Numbered from the stretch's first letter, positions 21,291-30,716 are shown. The stretch is DNA of 64,000 nucleotides from an uncultured Veillonella sp. (GCA_963526885.1 CAURQH010000008.1:21468-85467), one strand, 5' to 3'. Translations and numbers: made by a program. Notes: generated by a model from the letters alone, not told the origin.

Positions 21291-22349
21291 TTAGTCGAAA
21301 ATTTGGCATATTTGAGTGCGAGCATTCTCTCTCATTTCATCCGAGTAGTGGATGTACGTTTTTATAACAGTATTTACTGTATCGCCTAACAAAGACGCAA
21401 CTGTTTTAATGTCTACGCCGTTTGCTAGTAGTTTAGTTGCGTATGTGTGCCTAAAATCATGAGTCGTATGTTTGTTAATGTGGCGTTTTGTATATTCGTG
21501 TACAAGGGTAGGTGAATATATAGGAATAAGCCTATCGGTAGTACAACGTGCTTTATACTCCAACAAAACATCTGACAATGATGGCGGTATAGGGATTGTA
21601 CGATAACTATTTTTCGTTTTTAGTGGTCCGAGTCCGTGCGTTCTATTTTCATTCAAACGTACCCATTGCTTATTAATGGTGATTGTCAGATTGTCGAAAT
21701 TGATGTTATCCCATGTTAAGCCTAATAACTCACCAACACGCATGCCAGTATAATGCAATATTTTTACTGCTATAAAATAGTGTGAGGATGTATCTGCTGA
21801 TTTGAAGTAATCAGATAATTCTTGATCCGATATAATTCTAATTCTTTTTCTTTTTCTTGCGTCTTTTTTTAAATTAATGACAACAGGATTATTCACCATT
21901 AAATTATACCGCTTTATTGCGTGCGTAAACATCGTTTTAAGCATAGAGAATACATAATGCTTAGTGCTTTCCGACAGAGGCATCTCAGAGGCGATTTTAT
22001 GGATTATTTGGGGTGTTATAGATTGCAACTTCATATCATGGATCTGGTGTAGATGTTTTACATTATTATCATATGCCAATAACGTATTGACTCGTAGATT
22101 ATTTTTTACATCATCAAAGTATAGGCGAGCAAATTCGATGAACGTTATATCTGAAAATTCTTGACTATTAATGAACAGCAATTTTTCTTTGATGTCTTTC
22201 ACAATCACATCGCCGTAGTCTTTCGCTTGCCGTTTAGTGGCGAATCCTTGCTTGCTTTTTTGTCGCCATTTGCCGTATCGGTCTTTGTAGCTAACAATAA
22301 CCTGCCAACCTTTATCCTTTTGTCGTGTAGATATAGAATAACTAGCCAT
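21291..22349 (-). CDS. int: Tyrosine integrase
   Basis: Arm-binding N-terminus; TGMRVGE, HDFRHTYAT, LGD...TY catalytic residues. Confidence 0.95.
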   Translation of the reverse strand: MASYSISTRQKDKGWQVIVSYKDRYGKWRQKSKQGFATKRQAKDYGDVIVKDIKEKLLFINSQEFSDITFIEFARLYFDDVKNNLRVNTLLAYDNNVKHLHQIHDMKLQSITPQIIHKIASEMPLSESTKHYVFSMLKTMFTHAIKRYNLMVNNPVVINLKKDARKRKRIRIISDQELSDYFKSADTSSHYFIAVKILHYTGMRVGELLGLTWDNINFDNLTITINKQWVRLNENRTHGLGPLKTKNSYRTIPIPPSLSDVLLEYKARCTTDRLIPIYSPTLVHEYTKRHINKHTTHDFRHTYATKLLANGVDIKTVASLLGDTVNTVIKTYIHYSDEMRENARTQICQIFD

Positions 22350-22480
22350 GATTGCTCCTTTCTATGGTTGTTGCAGAATGTGCAAGTACCATGTATTGGA
22401 AATCTTCCAATAGTTGAATTATAAAACGTATGTTCTTAATTAAATGTAAAAATATGCCCCCTCATTAAGAGGGGGATTTT

Positions 22481-23032
22481 TTATTTACCAAGCTTCCATT
22501 TGTGGCCACATTTTAAACATGTACCGACTCTATCATTTTTACCCATGAATCCAGCTGCTAAACCAATGCCACCAGTTAGCAGACCGCCAACAATTGCTTT
22601 ACCTCCGCTAAACCCCTTTTTGTCGATTTCAATATGTGGTGAATTACATTTAGGGCAACGAGGTATATCGTCCGCAGGTGTTTGCATGCCTTGATATTTA
22701 CGAACCATGTTTTTTAATTCTTCGTTACGTTCCCATTCCATTACTAGAGTAGTTGATTTAGAATTACCAATCCCAGTAATGTCACATAGTTTACCACAAG
22801 AATTCGCACGAGAAAACATACCATCTATTTTAAGTAATTCAATTCTATCGCAAAGTTCAACAACGTTATAAGTAACGCCATTTAGTTCCATAGGGAAATT
22901 AGGAATTGATTCAACAACAGGCGTTACTGGCGTAACAGCTTGTGCTTGACTAGATCCGTTTAAAGATGCACCACAATGCATGCAAAACTTTGCACCGTCT
23001 GGCAATTGGTTACCGCAATTCATACAAAACAT
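22481..23032 (-). CDS. Zinc-ribbon protein with Gly-rich hydrophobic hairpin (lysogeny accessory)
   Basis: N-terminal CxxC..CxxC; C-terminal CPKC...GGLLTGGIGLAAG...CLKC; terminator at about 22455-22482. Confidence 0.75.
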   Translation of the reverse strand: MFCMNCGNQLPDGAKFCMHCGASLNGSSQAQAVTPVTPVVESIPNFPMELNGVTYNVVELCDRIELLKIDGMFSRANSCGKLCDITGIGNSKSTTLVMEWERNEELKNMVRKYQGMQTPADDIPRCPKCNSPHIEIDKKGFSGGKAIVGGLLTGGIGLAAGFMGKNDRVGTCLKCGHKWKLGK

Positions 23033-23043
23033 ATCAATTCCTC

Positions 23044-23691
23044 CTACAAATCTCTACGAACTTCTATTGCTTTACCCATAATCCTAACTGGTAAAGTCGC
23101 TATATCGTGATTGCTATAGAACATTCTAGGGAATGCCCTCACATTATCACCTACAATATCTATACCATCCGAGCGGTGGTATATGCGTTTGATGGTTGCT
23201 TCATTGCCTGCAATAGAAACGGCTGCGATTTCTCCATCTTCAACATCGGGTTGTTGCCTAATCACAACAATATCACTATCAAACAGGGTAGGCTCCATTG
23301 AGTCACCTTTGATACGTAGTGCGAAATATTCACCACGCATGGCTAGTGATTGTGAAATCTCTATACATTCATCGTATTCAGCGACAGCCGTATTTGGAAT
23401 GCCAGCAACGATAGAACCTAATACAGGAATGCGAACACCGCTAGTAAGTGGAATAGCATAATTTATTTCAGATTTTGTATCATTAGGGATTGGCTCCCTG
23501 CCGAGCAGATAATCTGTAGTAACGTTGAATAACTTTGCTATTTGAGCAAGCATTGAAGATGTTGGTACACGCTTATCAGTCTCCCATTGAGATACTGCAT
23601 TTCTAGTGATATTTAATTTTAATCCTAATTCAGAGCCAGTCATATTGTGGCCAAGTCTTAGTTCTTTTATACGTTGACCTATTGTACTCAT
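23044..23691 (-). CDS. CI-like repressor (XRE HTH plus S24 peptidase)
   Basis: HTH with AVSQWE, Ala-Gly site VAGIP, GDSM serine and TIKR lysine. Confidence 0.93.
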   Translation of the reverse strand: MSTIGQRIKELRLGHNMTGSELGLKLNITRNAVSQWETDKRVPTSSMLAQIAKLFNVTTDYLLGREPIPNDTKSEINYAIPLTSGVRIPVLGSIVAGIPNTAVAEYDECIEISQSLAMRGEYFALRIKGDSMEPTLFDSDIVVIRQQPDVEDGEIAAVSIAGNEATIKRIYHRSDGIDIVGDNVRAFPRMFYSNHDIATLPVRIMGKAIEVRRDL

Positions 23692-23716
23692 AACAGTTAC
23701 TCCTTATATTAATATA

Positions 23717-24054
23717 GTAACAAATAGTTTACATTAAAAAAAGTTACAAAATGTTAACAAAAATGCTTGACGTAACATAAAGATTACTTTATAATGTAAT
23801 CATAAGGTAACAAAAAGATTACAAGGAGGTGAACATGACTAAGATTACAGAACTAAGAAAAAAATATAATATCACACAAGAGCAAATTGCCAAGGTGATA
23901 GGAATCTCAAGAGTTAATTACAATATGAAAGAAAATGGAAAGAGGGCGTTTAAACAAAAAGAGATGATGAAAATATACCAATATTTCAATAAAAAAGATA
24001 AACGAATTAACATGCAAGATATTTTTTTAGCTTAGAAGTTAACAAAAAGATTAC
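23717..24054. promoter_or_regulatory. cI/cro switch: 16-bp operators and rightward promoter
   Basis: GTAACAWAAAGWTTAC-like sites at 23717, 23743, 23772, 23807 and 24039; TTGACG(23767)-17-TATAAT(23790). Confidence 0.8.
23835..24035 (+). CDS. Cro-like XRE HTH protein
   Basis: Divergent from cI; TQEQIAKVIGISRVNYNMKENG. Confidence 0.88.
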   Translation: MTKITELRKKYNITQEQIAKVIGISRVNYNMKENGKRAFKQKEMMKIYQYFNKKDKRINMQDIFLA

Positions 24055-24071
24055 AAATAAGGGGCAGAAAC

Positions 24072-24278
24072 ATGAAACTAATCAATTTAACCGAAGAACA
24101 GAACGAACAATTAAAGAAAATGCACATGGATGCAATGAATGATTGCGAAAGATTATCATTGATTGCAAATGAGTTAGATGATGACGGTTTTAAGCGGTTA
24201 GGTTTGGTCGCTTATACAACTGCAAAAGTTTATTTTGATTTAGGAAATTTCGAGAAACACCCAAACTTCTATGAGTAG
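24072..24278 (+). CDS. Phage early hypothetical protein
   Basis: ORF preceded by a variant of the shared RBS motif. Confidence 0.7.
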   Translation: MKLINLTEEQNEQLKKMHMDAMNDCERLSLIANELDDDGFKRLGLVAYTTAKVYFDLGNFEKHPNFYE

Positions 24279-24295
24279 TAATAAGGAGCAGAAAT

Positions 24296-24577
24296 ATGAT
24301 TATGATAAATGAAGACTTCGTAAGAACATTAACAAAAGAACAGCGAGAATATTTAGAAAAACACTATGAAAAACAGTTAGAAGAGGCGATTAAGCATTTT
24401 GAGCGTTATAAGTATGTTCAAAATAATTTAATAGAATTAGTTGGGTTCGAGAAAAAATATTATGCGGCAAATTGGTTTAGATTCTTATCGGGAAGTGAAG
24501 CAAACGATTTAAGTAAAAAAGCTTATGAGTATTCAATAGATGCAACTTTTGAGCTTTTGAGATTTGATAAGGAGTAG
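24296..24577 (+). CDS. Phage early hypothetical protein
   Basis: AAGGAGCAGAAATATG start motif. Confidence 0.7.
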   Translation: MIMINEDFVRTLTKEQREYLEKHYEKQLEEAIKHFERYKYVQNNLIELVGFEKKYYAANWFRFLSGSEANDLSKKAYEYSIDATFELLRFDKE

Positions 24578-24581
24578 AAAT

Positions 24582-24896
24582 ATGAATAAATTAGTAAAGT
24601 TTGAAGAACGGAAAGTAGTAGATGGATTTACATTCCATAAAGGCTGGTGGGGAGAGTTCTCCCCTACAGGTGAATTGGTAACTGTATATGCGTACCCAAG
24701 AGTTGAGGTTAATGAATATGATTGGTCGTACAGTTGGAAATTCGCCAAAATCTTCTATCGGTTTGATGGTGGATTTGTTGGAGATTTGGAACGACTTGAA
24801 AAATTGCCTGATTTGGTTGTAGCGGATTTTTGTGATGTAGCTGAGCAAGAGATGTTAGACCAAAAAGACAAATTTCTTGAGTATTATGGAGAATAA
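24582..24896 (+). CDS. Phage early hypothetical protein
   Basis: AAGGAGTAGAAATATG start motif. Confidence 0.7.
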   Translation: MNKLVKFEERKVVDGFTFHKGWWGEFSPTGELVTVYAYPRVEVNEYDWSYSWKFAKIFYRFDGGFVGDLERLEKLPDLVVADFCDVAEQEMLDQKDKFLEYYGE

Positions 24897-24898
24897 TC

Positions 24899-25210
24899 AT
24901 GGAGAAAAGAACATACACGGCGGAGGAAGTCATGGGAATGCTCCACTGCACCAAAAGTACATTGATGAATTACAAATATAGAGGTGTACTGCTACCAATT
25001 AAAGGTGTAAAGCCTATGGTATACAGTGCCAAGAATGTACAGGCTTTCATTGATGGGGGTGAAGAGTTCACCCCTTGGGAATTTGAAAATTTAAAACGTG
25101 AGAACAATCGACTACGAGAAGAAAACCGCAGATTGAAAGCGAAGTTCTTCAAAGTTCAAAATGTTATCACAGTCGAGGCAGGGGATTTATTAGAACAGCT
25201 TGCCTACTAA
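24899..25210 (+). CDS. MerR-like HTH plus coiled coil (candidate excisionase)
   Basis: YTAEEVMGMLHCTKSTLMNY...G.L winged-HTH pattern. Confidence 0.65.
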   Translation: MEKRTYTAEEVMGMLHCTKSTLMNYKYRGVLLPIKGVKPMVYSAKNVQAFIDGGEEFTPWEFENLKRENNRLREENRRLKAKFFKVQNVITVEAGDLLEQLAY

Positions 25211-25242
25211 CAACAGTATATAGAAATCAAGAGGTGATTGAA

Positions 25243-25509
25243 ATGAACGGAAGTACAAACAAGCCACGGAGCGAGTTTGAAAGTTCGCTAAGGGGCATAA
25301 TTCTAACGCAAGACCAATTCGCAGAACGATTATGTATTAGCAAGAGGGCATTTCTGAAATATCTATATGGTGAGTTATATCCACCATGTGATGTGATAGC
25401 AAAAGCTGTAGAAGAGTTTAACGTACATTCTATGGTGCTATATCACCTAACCAATCAATGCCCTATAGCTAGGGTATATATGAATAAATTAAAGGAGGTT
25501 ATGAAGTGA
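25243..25509 (+). CDS. XRE-like HTH protein
   Basis: LTQDQFAERLCISKRAFLKYLYG. Confidence 0.65.
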   Translation: MNGSTNKPRSEFESSLRGIILTQDQFAERLCISKRAFLKYLYGELYPPCDVIAKAVEEFNVHSMVLYHLTNQCPIARVYMNKLKEVMK

Positions 25510-25799
25510 AAAGACGTAAAAAAAGAACCCATATCCGATGGGATAGGGTTATAGCAGTGGCTATGATTCCAGTAGTGCTAGTAGGTATATATTTTGCAGT
25601 AGCACAAGAACCAATTCAATATGAAGATACAACAGTAATTGTAAAACAAGGCGATACTCTATGGGATATTGCTAAAGACGCCGTAGGGGAAAAGGTAGAT
25701 GTTCGGAATAGTATCCGAGACATTATGACTGAAAACAGTTTAAAGGATGGGAATATTCAACCCGGTATGACGTTGAAAGTAAAGGCGGTGAAACATTGA
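25506..25799 (+). CDS. Membrane-anchored LysM protein (YneA-like)
   Basis: Basic N-terminus, one TM helix, VKQGDTLWDIA...IQPGMTL LysM domain. Confidence 0.8.
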   Translation: MKRRKKRTHIRWDRVIAVAMIPVVLVGIYFAVAQEPIQYEDTTVIVKQGDTLWDIAKDAVGEKVDVRNSIRDIMTENSLKDGNIQPGMTLKVKAVKH

Positions 25800-26005
25800 A
25801 GTACAACAAATTAATTGGATATCGCAATATGTGTGGAATGACTCAAATGGATATGGCCAAAATAATCAATTTAAAATCAGCACAAGCCTATGGAGCGAAA
25901 GAAAATGGTAAAACACATTTTACAGCTGATGAAATGAAAGCAATTAGAAATGAAATAAATAGCCGTTTAAATATGGAATTAACTATTGATGAATTGTTTT
26001 TTTAG
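25796..26005 (+). CDS. Second Cro-like HTH protein
   Basis: MTQMDMAKIINLKSAQAYGAKENG...IDELFF. Confidence 0.8.
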   Translation: MKYNKLIGYRNMCGMTQMDMAKIINLKSAQAYGAKENGKTHFTADEMKAIRNEINSRLNMELTIDELFF

Positions 26006-26041
26006 AGAATCTATAAATTTAAAAAGTAAATGAGGTGAAAC

Positions 26042-26215
26042 ATGAAAGGAAAACATAAATACGTTGCCAATGTGATTGCTTGCGTACCTATGATGATTAA
26101 AGTGCGGGCAGATGATACAGAAGAGGCTTGTAAAAAGATTAGGGCGAAAGTACATAAGAAGTTAGATGTCGAAATCGACAAGATAGCTTTTAGAACATTC
26201 GGAAAATTAGAATAG
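26042..26215 (+). CDS. Small hypothetical protein (57 aa, not in ORF track)
   Basis: GAGGTG RBS; MKGKHKYVANVIACVPMMIKVRADDTEEA... Confidence 0.6.
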   Translation: MKGKHKYVANVIACVPMMIKVRADDTEEACKKIRAKVHKKLDVEIDKIAFRTFGKLE

Positions 26216-26235
26216 CAGTGAAAGGAGGTGAAAAT

Positions 26236-26400
26236 ATGAAAAAATGGTATGCCGTAGAAGGCTATGTCAAGATCCCATTCAATATTGCAGTACGAGGTCG
26301 AAATGATGAAGAAATCCAAGAGAATGCAATCGAGGAATTGACACGCAAATATGATTGTGATGCCGAAAATTGTAAAATCGATTTTGTAACGGAGGAATAA
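26236..26400 (+). CDS. Small hypothetical protein
   Basis: AGGAGGTG RBS; residue pattern resembles the preceding ORF. Confidence 0.65.
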   Translation: MKKWYAVEGYVKIPFNIAVRGRNDEEIQENAIEELTRKYDCDAENCKIDFVTEE

Positions 26401-26456
26401 AAAAAGCCCTCAAAAATGAGGGCTACCGCTCCTAAATAAGGAGCAGAAATATGACT
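26399..26456 (-). ncRNA. Candidate ~58-nt antisense sRNA (anti-RBS)
   Basis: Minus-strand TGTGCTATAAT extended -10 (26463-26473), hairpin GCTCCT/AGGAGC, terminator AGCCCTCA-TTTT-TGAGGGCT plus T-tract. Confidence 0.6.
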
Positions 26457-26503
26457 ACAGTCATTATAGCACATATTAAGTGATTACACTAGGGAGGAAA
26501 TGC

Positions 26504-27016
26504 ATGAAGTTATACGAATTAGCAGAAAATTACAAGGAAGTTGCCACAATGATGGAGCAGGTCGAGATGGGGTCGGAGGATTGGCAAACGATCCAAGACA
26601 CATTGGAGGCCATCGATGGTGAGTTTGATGTAAAGGTGCAGAATATCTGTGCTTTAGTAAAAGAATACAAGTACAACGTGGAAATGGTCAAAGCTGAAAA
26701 GAAACGTCTTGATGAAGTCGCACGAGGTTATGACAATAAGGCTACATGGTTAGAAGCCTACTTGCAAGAACAGTTGCAAAAAACGGGAAACCTCAAAAGT
26801 ACTATGTTATATGGTCCACATAAATTGACATACCGCAAAGGCGTATCTACAGAGGTAACTGATGTAAATGCCTTGCCTATTGAGTTCTTGAAAACAAAGG
26901 TAGAGGCAGATAAAACAGCCATCAAAAAAGCATTACAAGAGGGTATCGAAGTAACTGGTGCAAGACTGGTTGATACTACAAGCCTAAAGGTAACTATTGG
27001 AAAGGATGATAAATAA
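26504..27016 (+). CDS. Siphovirus Gp157 family protein
   Basis: MKLYEL start, coiled coil, DKTAIKKAL..G.EV.GARL C-terminus. Confidence 0.85.
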   Translation: MKLYELAENYKEVATMMEQVEMGSEDWQTIQDTLEAIDGEFDVKVQNICALVKEYKYNVEMVKAEKKRLDEVARGYDNKATWLEAYLQEQLQKTGNLKSTMLYGPHKLTYRKGVSTEVTDVNALPIEFLKTKVEADKTAIKKALQEGIEVTGARLVDTTSLKVTIGKDDK

Positions 27017-27657
27017 TGCAGACAATGAACATCTATCAATCGTTGAATTATATTCAATCGAATTTGAAAGCCCCAAAAGGGCAATTCAATTCATTTGGTA
27101 AATACCATTACCGCAGTTGCGAGGATATTTTGGAGGGGGTCAAACCTCACTTGAAAGAAACCAATACATGCCTTGTGATTAGTGATGATATTGTGACAAT
27201 CGGAGACCATAATTATATCAAGGCAACAGCTACGTTGTATGGTGCTGATGGTGGAGCGGTAGCCAATAGTGCCTTTGCGAAAGAGCCTTTGGACAAAAAG
27301 GGAATGGATCCATCACAAATAACAGGGGCTACATCCTCATATGCAAGAAAATACGCATTGAATGGGTTATTCTGCATAGATGATAACAAAGACGCAGATA
27401 CAGATGAATACGTTGCTAAAACAACGCAAACAAAATCTAAAACTCAAGCACATAAAACAAATAGCGTGAAGGAAAAGGAAGCTAAGCAAGGGTATTTACA
27501 GAAGATTACTCAACAGATGGGTATTAAGCAAATCAACCCTAAATTAATATCAGAACACATTAACAAGACTTTCAACAAGAAAACATCCAATGAGTTAACC
27601 GAAGATGAATTGAAAGCCTTATATGATTGGGTAGTTGCTTATGAAGTGGCAAGTTGA
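27016..27657 (+). CDS. ERF-family ssDNA annealing protein
   Basis: KAPKGQFNSFGKYHYRSCEDI, GATSSYARKYAL.GLF.IDD. Confidence 0.92.
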   Translation: MQTMNIYQSLNYIQSNLKAPKGQFNSFGKYHYRSCEDILEGVKPHLKETNTCLVISDDIVTIGDHNYIKATATLYGADGGAVANSAFAKEPLDKKGMDPSQITGATSSYARKYALNGLFCIDDNKDADTDEYVAKTTQTKSKTQAHKTNSVKEKEAKQGYLQKITQQMGIKQINPKLISEHINKTFNKKTSNELTEDELKALYDWVVAYEVAS

Positions 27658-28186
27658 TTGCTTGCAGATTGTCAAAACTCCAGTGGGTGCCATGTTGATG
27701 GTACCCGCAGGGGTTGAGGTATTAAACCACATACAGCAGGACAAGAAATATAACATAGAACTCAAGCTATATCGTGAAAAACGGTCATTGACGGCTAATA
27801 GCTATTGTTGGGTGTTATGCCAAAAGATAGCTGATGAGCTTTCAAAGGATGGGATATATACAAGTCGTGAAGATGTATATAAACAAGCTATTAAGGATTC
27901 CCAAACTTTTACACCATTACCAATTAAAGATGAAGATTTAGAACGATTTATTAAAGCGTGGAGGTCAAAGGGTATTGGTTGGGTAATAGAAGATATGGGG
28001 CCTAGTAGAAAACATAAAGGATATAGAATTGTTCATGTTTATATGGGTAGTAGTACCTACGATACCAAAGAGATGGCAAGGCTTATTGATTGTTTAGTAT
28101 CTGAGGCTACTCAATTAGGAATAGAAACAAAGACACAAGAGGAAGTGAACAGCCTATTAGAAGATTGGGAGGCGATGGATGAATAA
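27641..28186 (+). CDS. NinB/Orf-like recombination protein
   Basis: KRSLTANSYCW...IA; GSSTYDTKEMARLID motifs. Confidence 0.7.
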   Translation: MKWQVDCLQIVKTPVGAMLMVPAGVEVLNHIQQDKKYNIELKLYREKRSLTANSYCWVLCQKIADELSKDGIYTSREDVYKQAIKDSQTFTPLPIKDEDLERFIKAWRSKGIGWVIEDMGPSRKHKGYRIVHVYMGSSTYDTKEMARLIDCLVSEATQLGIETKTQEEVNSLLEDWEAMDE

Positions 28187-28427
28187 GAGCAAAGCGGATG
28201 ACGAACGATTATATAAAAGAACGAGGAAATGGGCGATAGAACGAGATGAGGGGCTATGCGTATTATGTAAAGCACCTGCTACGGAAGTACATCATATCTT
28301 GTTTAGATCTAGAGGTGGTGATAGTAGATTATCTAATCTAGCATGCCTATGTAGAGAATGCCACAACATGGCACATGGTAGTTATCATGAGGAAGTATAC
28401 GAAACATTAAAGGAGCGAATCAAATGA
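28179..28427 (+). CDS. HNH endonuclease
   Basis: RD..LCVLC...EVHHI...GG...NLACLCRECH. Confidence 0.9.
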   Translation: MNKSKADDERLYKRTRKWAIERDEGLCVLCKAPATEVHHILFRSRGGDSRLSNLACLCRECHNMAHGSYHEEVYETLKERIK

Positions 28428-28648
28428 AAAGAGACCAATTAATTAAATTCATGATTGCACAACGGATTAAAATGTATGAATCAATACAAGCATATGGATA
28501 TGAATATAGAGTCAAAGAATTACAAGAAGTAATTGATATTATCGATGGATTAGCACGATTAGAAGAAGATGATATGCAAGCAATCTCATTGGATCAATTC
28601 ATGGAAATGTTGCTGAAAAGCAAAGATAACGAAGATACAGAAGAATAA
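28424..28648 (+). CDS. Phage hypothetical protein
   Basis: ATGA overlap, AAGGAG RBS. Confidence 0.65.
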   Translation: MKRDQLIKFMIAQRIKMYESIQAYGYEYRVKELQEVIDIIDGLARLEEDDMQAISLDQFMEMLLKSKDNEDTEE

Positions 28649-28661
28649 ACAGGGTACCTTT

Positions 28662-29396
28662 ATGAATTATATGGCGGAACTTAATGCATTTGATGATTGG
28701 GTCGATGAAAACGAGAGTTTATCACCTACAGCACGTTTGCTTTACATTCAATTATTGCAAAGGTGTAACAAGGCTAGATGGATTCAACCTTTTACAGTAT
28801 CTTTATCACGCCTTGCATTCAAGACAGGCTTATCAATTTCAGGTGTTCAAAAAGCGAGAAATCAGTTGAAACAATATGGGTTGATTGATTGGAAATCAAG
28901 AAGTGGCCAACAATCTGCTGAGTATACAATTACATCACTTGTTGTTACTGAGTACCAACAAACGTATCAACAAGTGGAACAACAACAGTATCAACAAGTG
29001 GAACAACAACAGTATCAACAAGTGTATCACATAGAAAGACATAAGACTAAAGACATAAATACTACTTCTAACGAAGTAGTATATGTGAAACAACCAAAAG
29101 ACAAACCAAAAGTAGAAAAGAAGAAAGCAACGAGGAAAGTATTTGTCAAACCTACTCCGTTGGAAATTCAAACCTACGTTGATGAACATCAATTGAATGT
29201 AGATGTAGAACGATTCTTTGATTACTACGAGGGCAATGGTTGGAAAGTCGGAAAGAATCCGATGAAAGATTGGAAAGCGACTGCGAGGAACTGGAGCAGG
29301 AACAGCTTTGACAAAGGAGGTGGATCTAATCAACGTGCAAGCTTTAATAGAACGGCTGAACCTAAGCAAGATGAATATGCCGACCTCTATCTATGA
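28662..29396 (+). CDS. Phage replication initiator (winged-helix N-terminus, DnaD-like C-terminus)
   Basis: ARNQLKQYGLI wHTH; FFDYY..NGW...MKDWKA..RNW; internal iterons; followed by a helicase loader. Confidence 0.82.
   Translation: MNYMAELNAFDDWVDENESLSPTARLLYIQLLQRCNKARWIQPFTVSLSRLAFKTGLSISGVQKARNQLKQYGLIDWKSRSGQQSAEYTITSLVVTEYQQTYQQVEQQQYQQVEQQQYQQVYHIERHKTKDINTTSNEVVYVKQPKDKPKVEKKKATRKVFVKPTPLEIQTYVDEHQLNVDVERFFDYYEGNGWKVGKNPMKDWKATARNWSRNSFDKGGGSNQRASFNRTAEPKQDEYADLYL
28952..29024 (+). repeat. Iterons of the phage replication origin
   Basis: GTATCAACAAGTGGAACAACAACA at 28964 and 28988, partial copy at 29012. Confidence 0.75.
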
Positions 29397-30213
29397 TGAG
29401 TTAGAACTCAGAACTTATCTACATGGTGACAAGGTGGAGTTAGTAGAGGGCGCAAAGGATAGACCTCTATTCGATATAAGGGCAAACCAGTACATCGAAA
29501 GCAAGCGAATGTGTAGTAAATGCACTGGTGGTGAGGGTTGTCGAACCAAAGGCATAATGACACGCATGCATGAAGATGGCGAATTATATGTGCTGAAATG
29601 TGGTTTATATGGGGCGTGGCGGAATCAAAAGGATTTAGAGAAAGTGACCTTGCGAGCAAACATTCCTAGAGCCTATGTAGAAACCACCCTAGAAAACTAC
29701 GAAAAACGTACCGTAGAGGGCGAGAAAGCACATGCCTATATGATTACACTAGCCAATGATGAAAGCACGCAAGGAGCGTACATATTCGGCGCTAGTGGAT
29801 TAGGCAAAACACATCTTGCTATTGGATTACTTAGGAAGAAGATGGAGCAAGGCAAAACAGGTGTATTTGTGGTAGTACCCGAACTAATGGAAAGCCTGCG
29901 GAGATGTCTCCGAGATAATGGTGATGATTTTGAGATACTCCAAGCACTGTACAATGTTGATTGCTTAGTACTGGATGATCTAGGGGCAGAGAAAGCGACG
30001 GAATGGGTAGCAGAACGGTTGTACCTTGTAATCAACCAACGATATTTGAGTAATCGAATGACAATCATAACTAGCAATTGTACTTTGCAAGAAGTAAAGG
30101 AACGGCTAGGGGAACAAGGCAAACGAATTACATCAAGGGTGTTGGAGATGTGCAAAATCATCCAGCTAAAAGGCGAAGATTACAGACGATTAAAAGCGAA
30201 AGGAGAACGGTAA
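29371..30213 (+). CDS. DnaC/IstB-like helicase loader ATPase
   Basis: GASGLGKT, LVLDDLGAE, ITSN, RITSR; start approximate. Confidence 0.9.
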   Translation: MNMPTSIYDELELRTYLHGDKVELVEGAKDRPLFDIRANQYIESKRMCSKCTGGEGCRTKGIMTRMHEDGELYVLKCGLYGAWRNQKDLEKVTLRANIPRAYVETTLENYEKRTVEGEKAHAYMITLANDESTQGAYIFGASGLGKTHLAIGLLRKKMEQGKTGVFVVVPELMESLRRCLRDNGDDFEILQALYNVDCLVLDDLGAEKATEWVAERLYLVINQRYLSNRMTIITSNCTLQEVKERLGEQGKRITSRVLEMCKIIQLKGEDYRRLKAKGER

Positions 30214-30698
30214 TGAGTGATAATGTAAAGAATCCATCATATTACAACCGAGGAAAGATTGAAGTATGGGAATTTATCGAAGACCAAGGATTAGATTACC
30301 ATACAGGAAATGCGGTCAAGTATATTGCGAGAGCGGGGTTTAAAGACCCAATGAAAGAGGTCGAGGATTTGCAAAAGGCGGTGGCATTTTTGGAACGGAA
30401 GATTAGGCTTTTAAGTGGGACAACCATTGAATCTGAAACAGGGATGGGAGCCGAAGAATTTATACAATCACTCACATGGGAGCAAAAAGAGTATTTAGAT
30501 AGACAATATAAATTCAGAGAAGAGATGTTGGTACATTTCATTGATAAACACAACAAACATAAAACAGAAAAAACAAAACAAGATTGCTTAAATTGGTTTT
30601 ATTGTTTATTGGATTGCATCAATTTATTAAGAGACCCACGATTAATCGAAAAAGCACGTTATTTAAAACAAGAAATGAAAGACGCTGGAGTCTTTTAA
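30213..30698 (+). CDS. DUF3310 (SaV-like) protein
   Basis: VKNPSYY...IE...GNAVKYIARAG.K...EDLQKA. Confidence 0.82.
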   Translation: MSDNVKNPSYYNRGKIEVWEFIEDQGLDYHTGNAVKYIARAGFKDPMKEVEDLQKAVAFLERKIRLLSGTTIESETGMGAEEFIQSLTWEQKEYLDRQYKFREEMLVHFIDKHNKHKTEKTKQDCLNWFYCLLDCINLLRDPRLIEKARYLKQEMKDAGVF

Positions 30699-30716
30699 AA
30701 CAAAAGGAGCAGAAAT

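Noticed and set aside
28179..28427. HNH as a homing endonuclease or cos-packaging HNH
   Set aside because: Small, in the recombination/replication module, not next to terS, and no intron context seen
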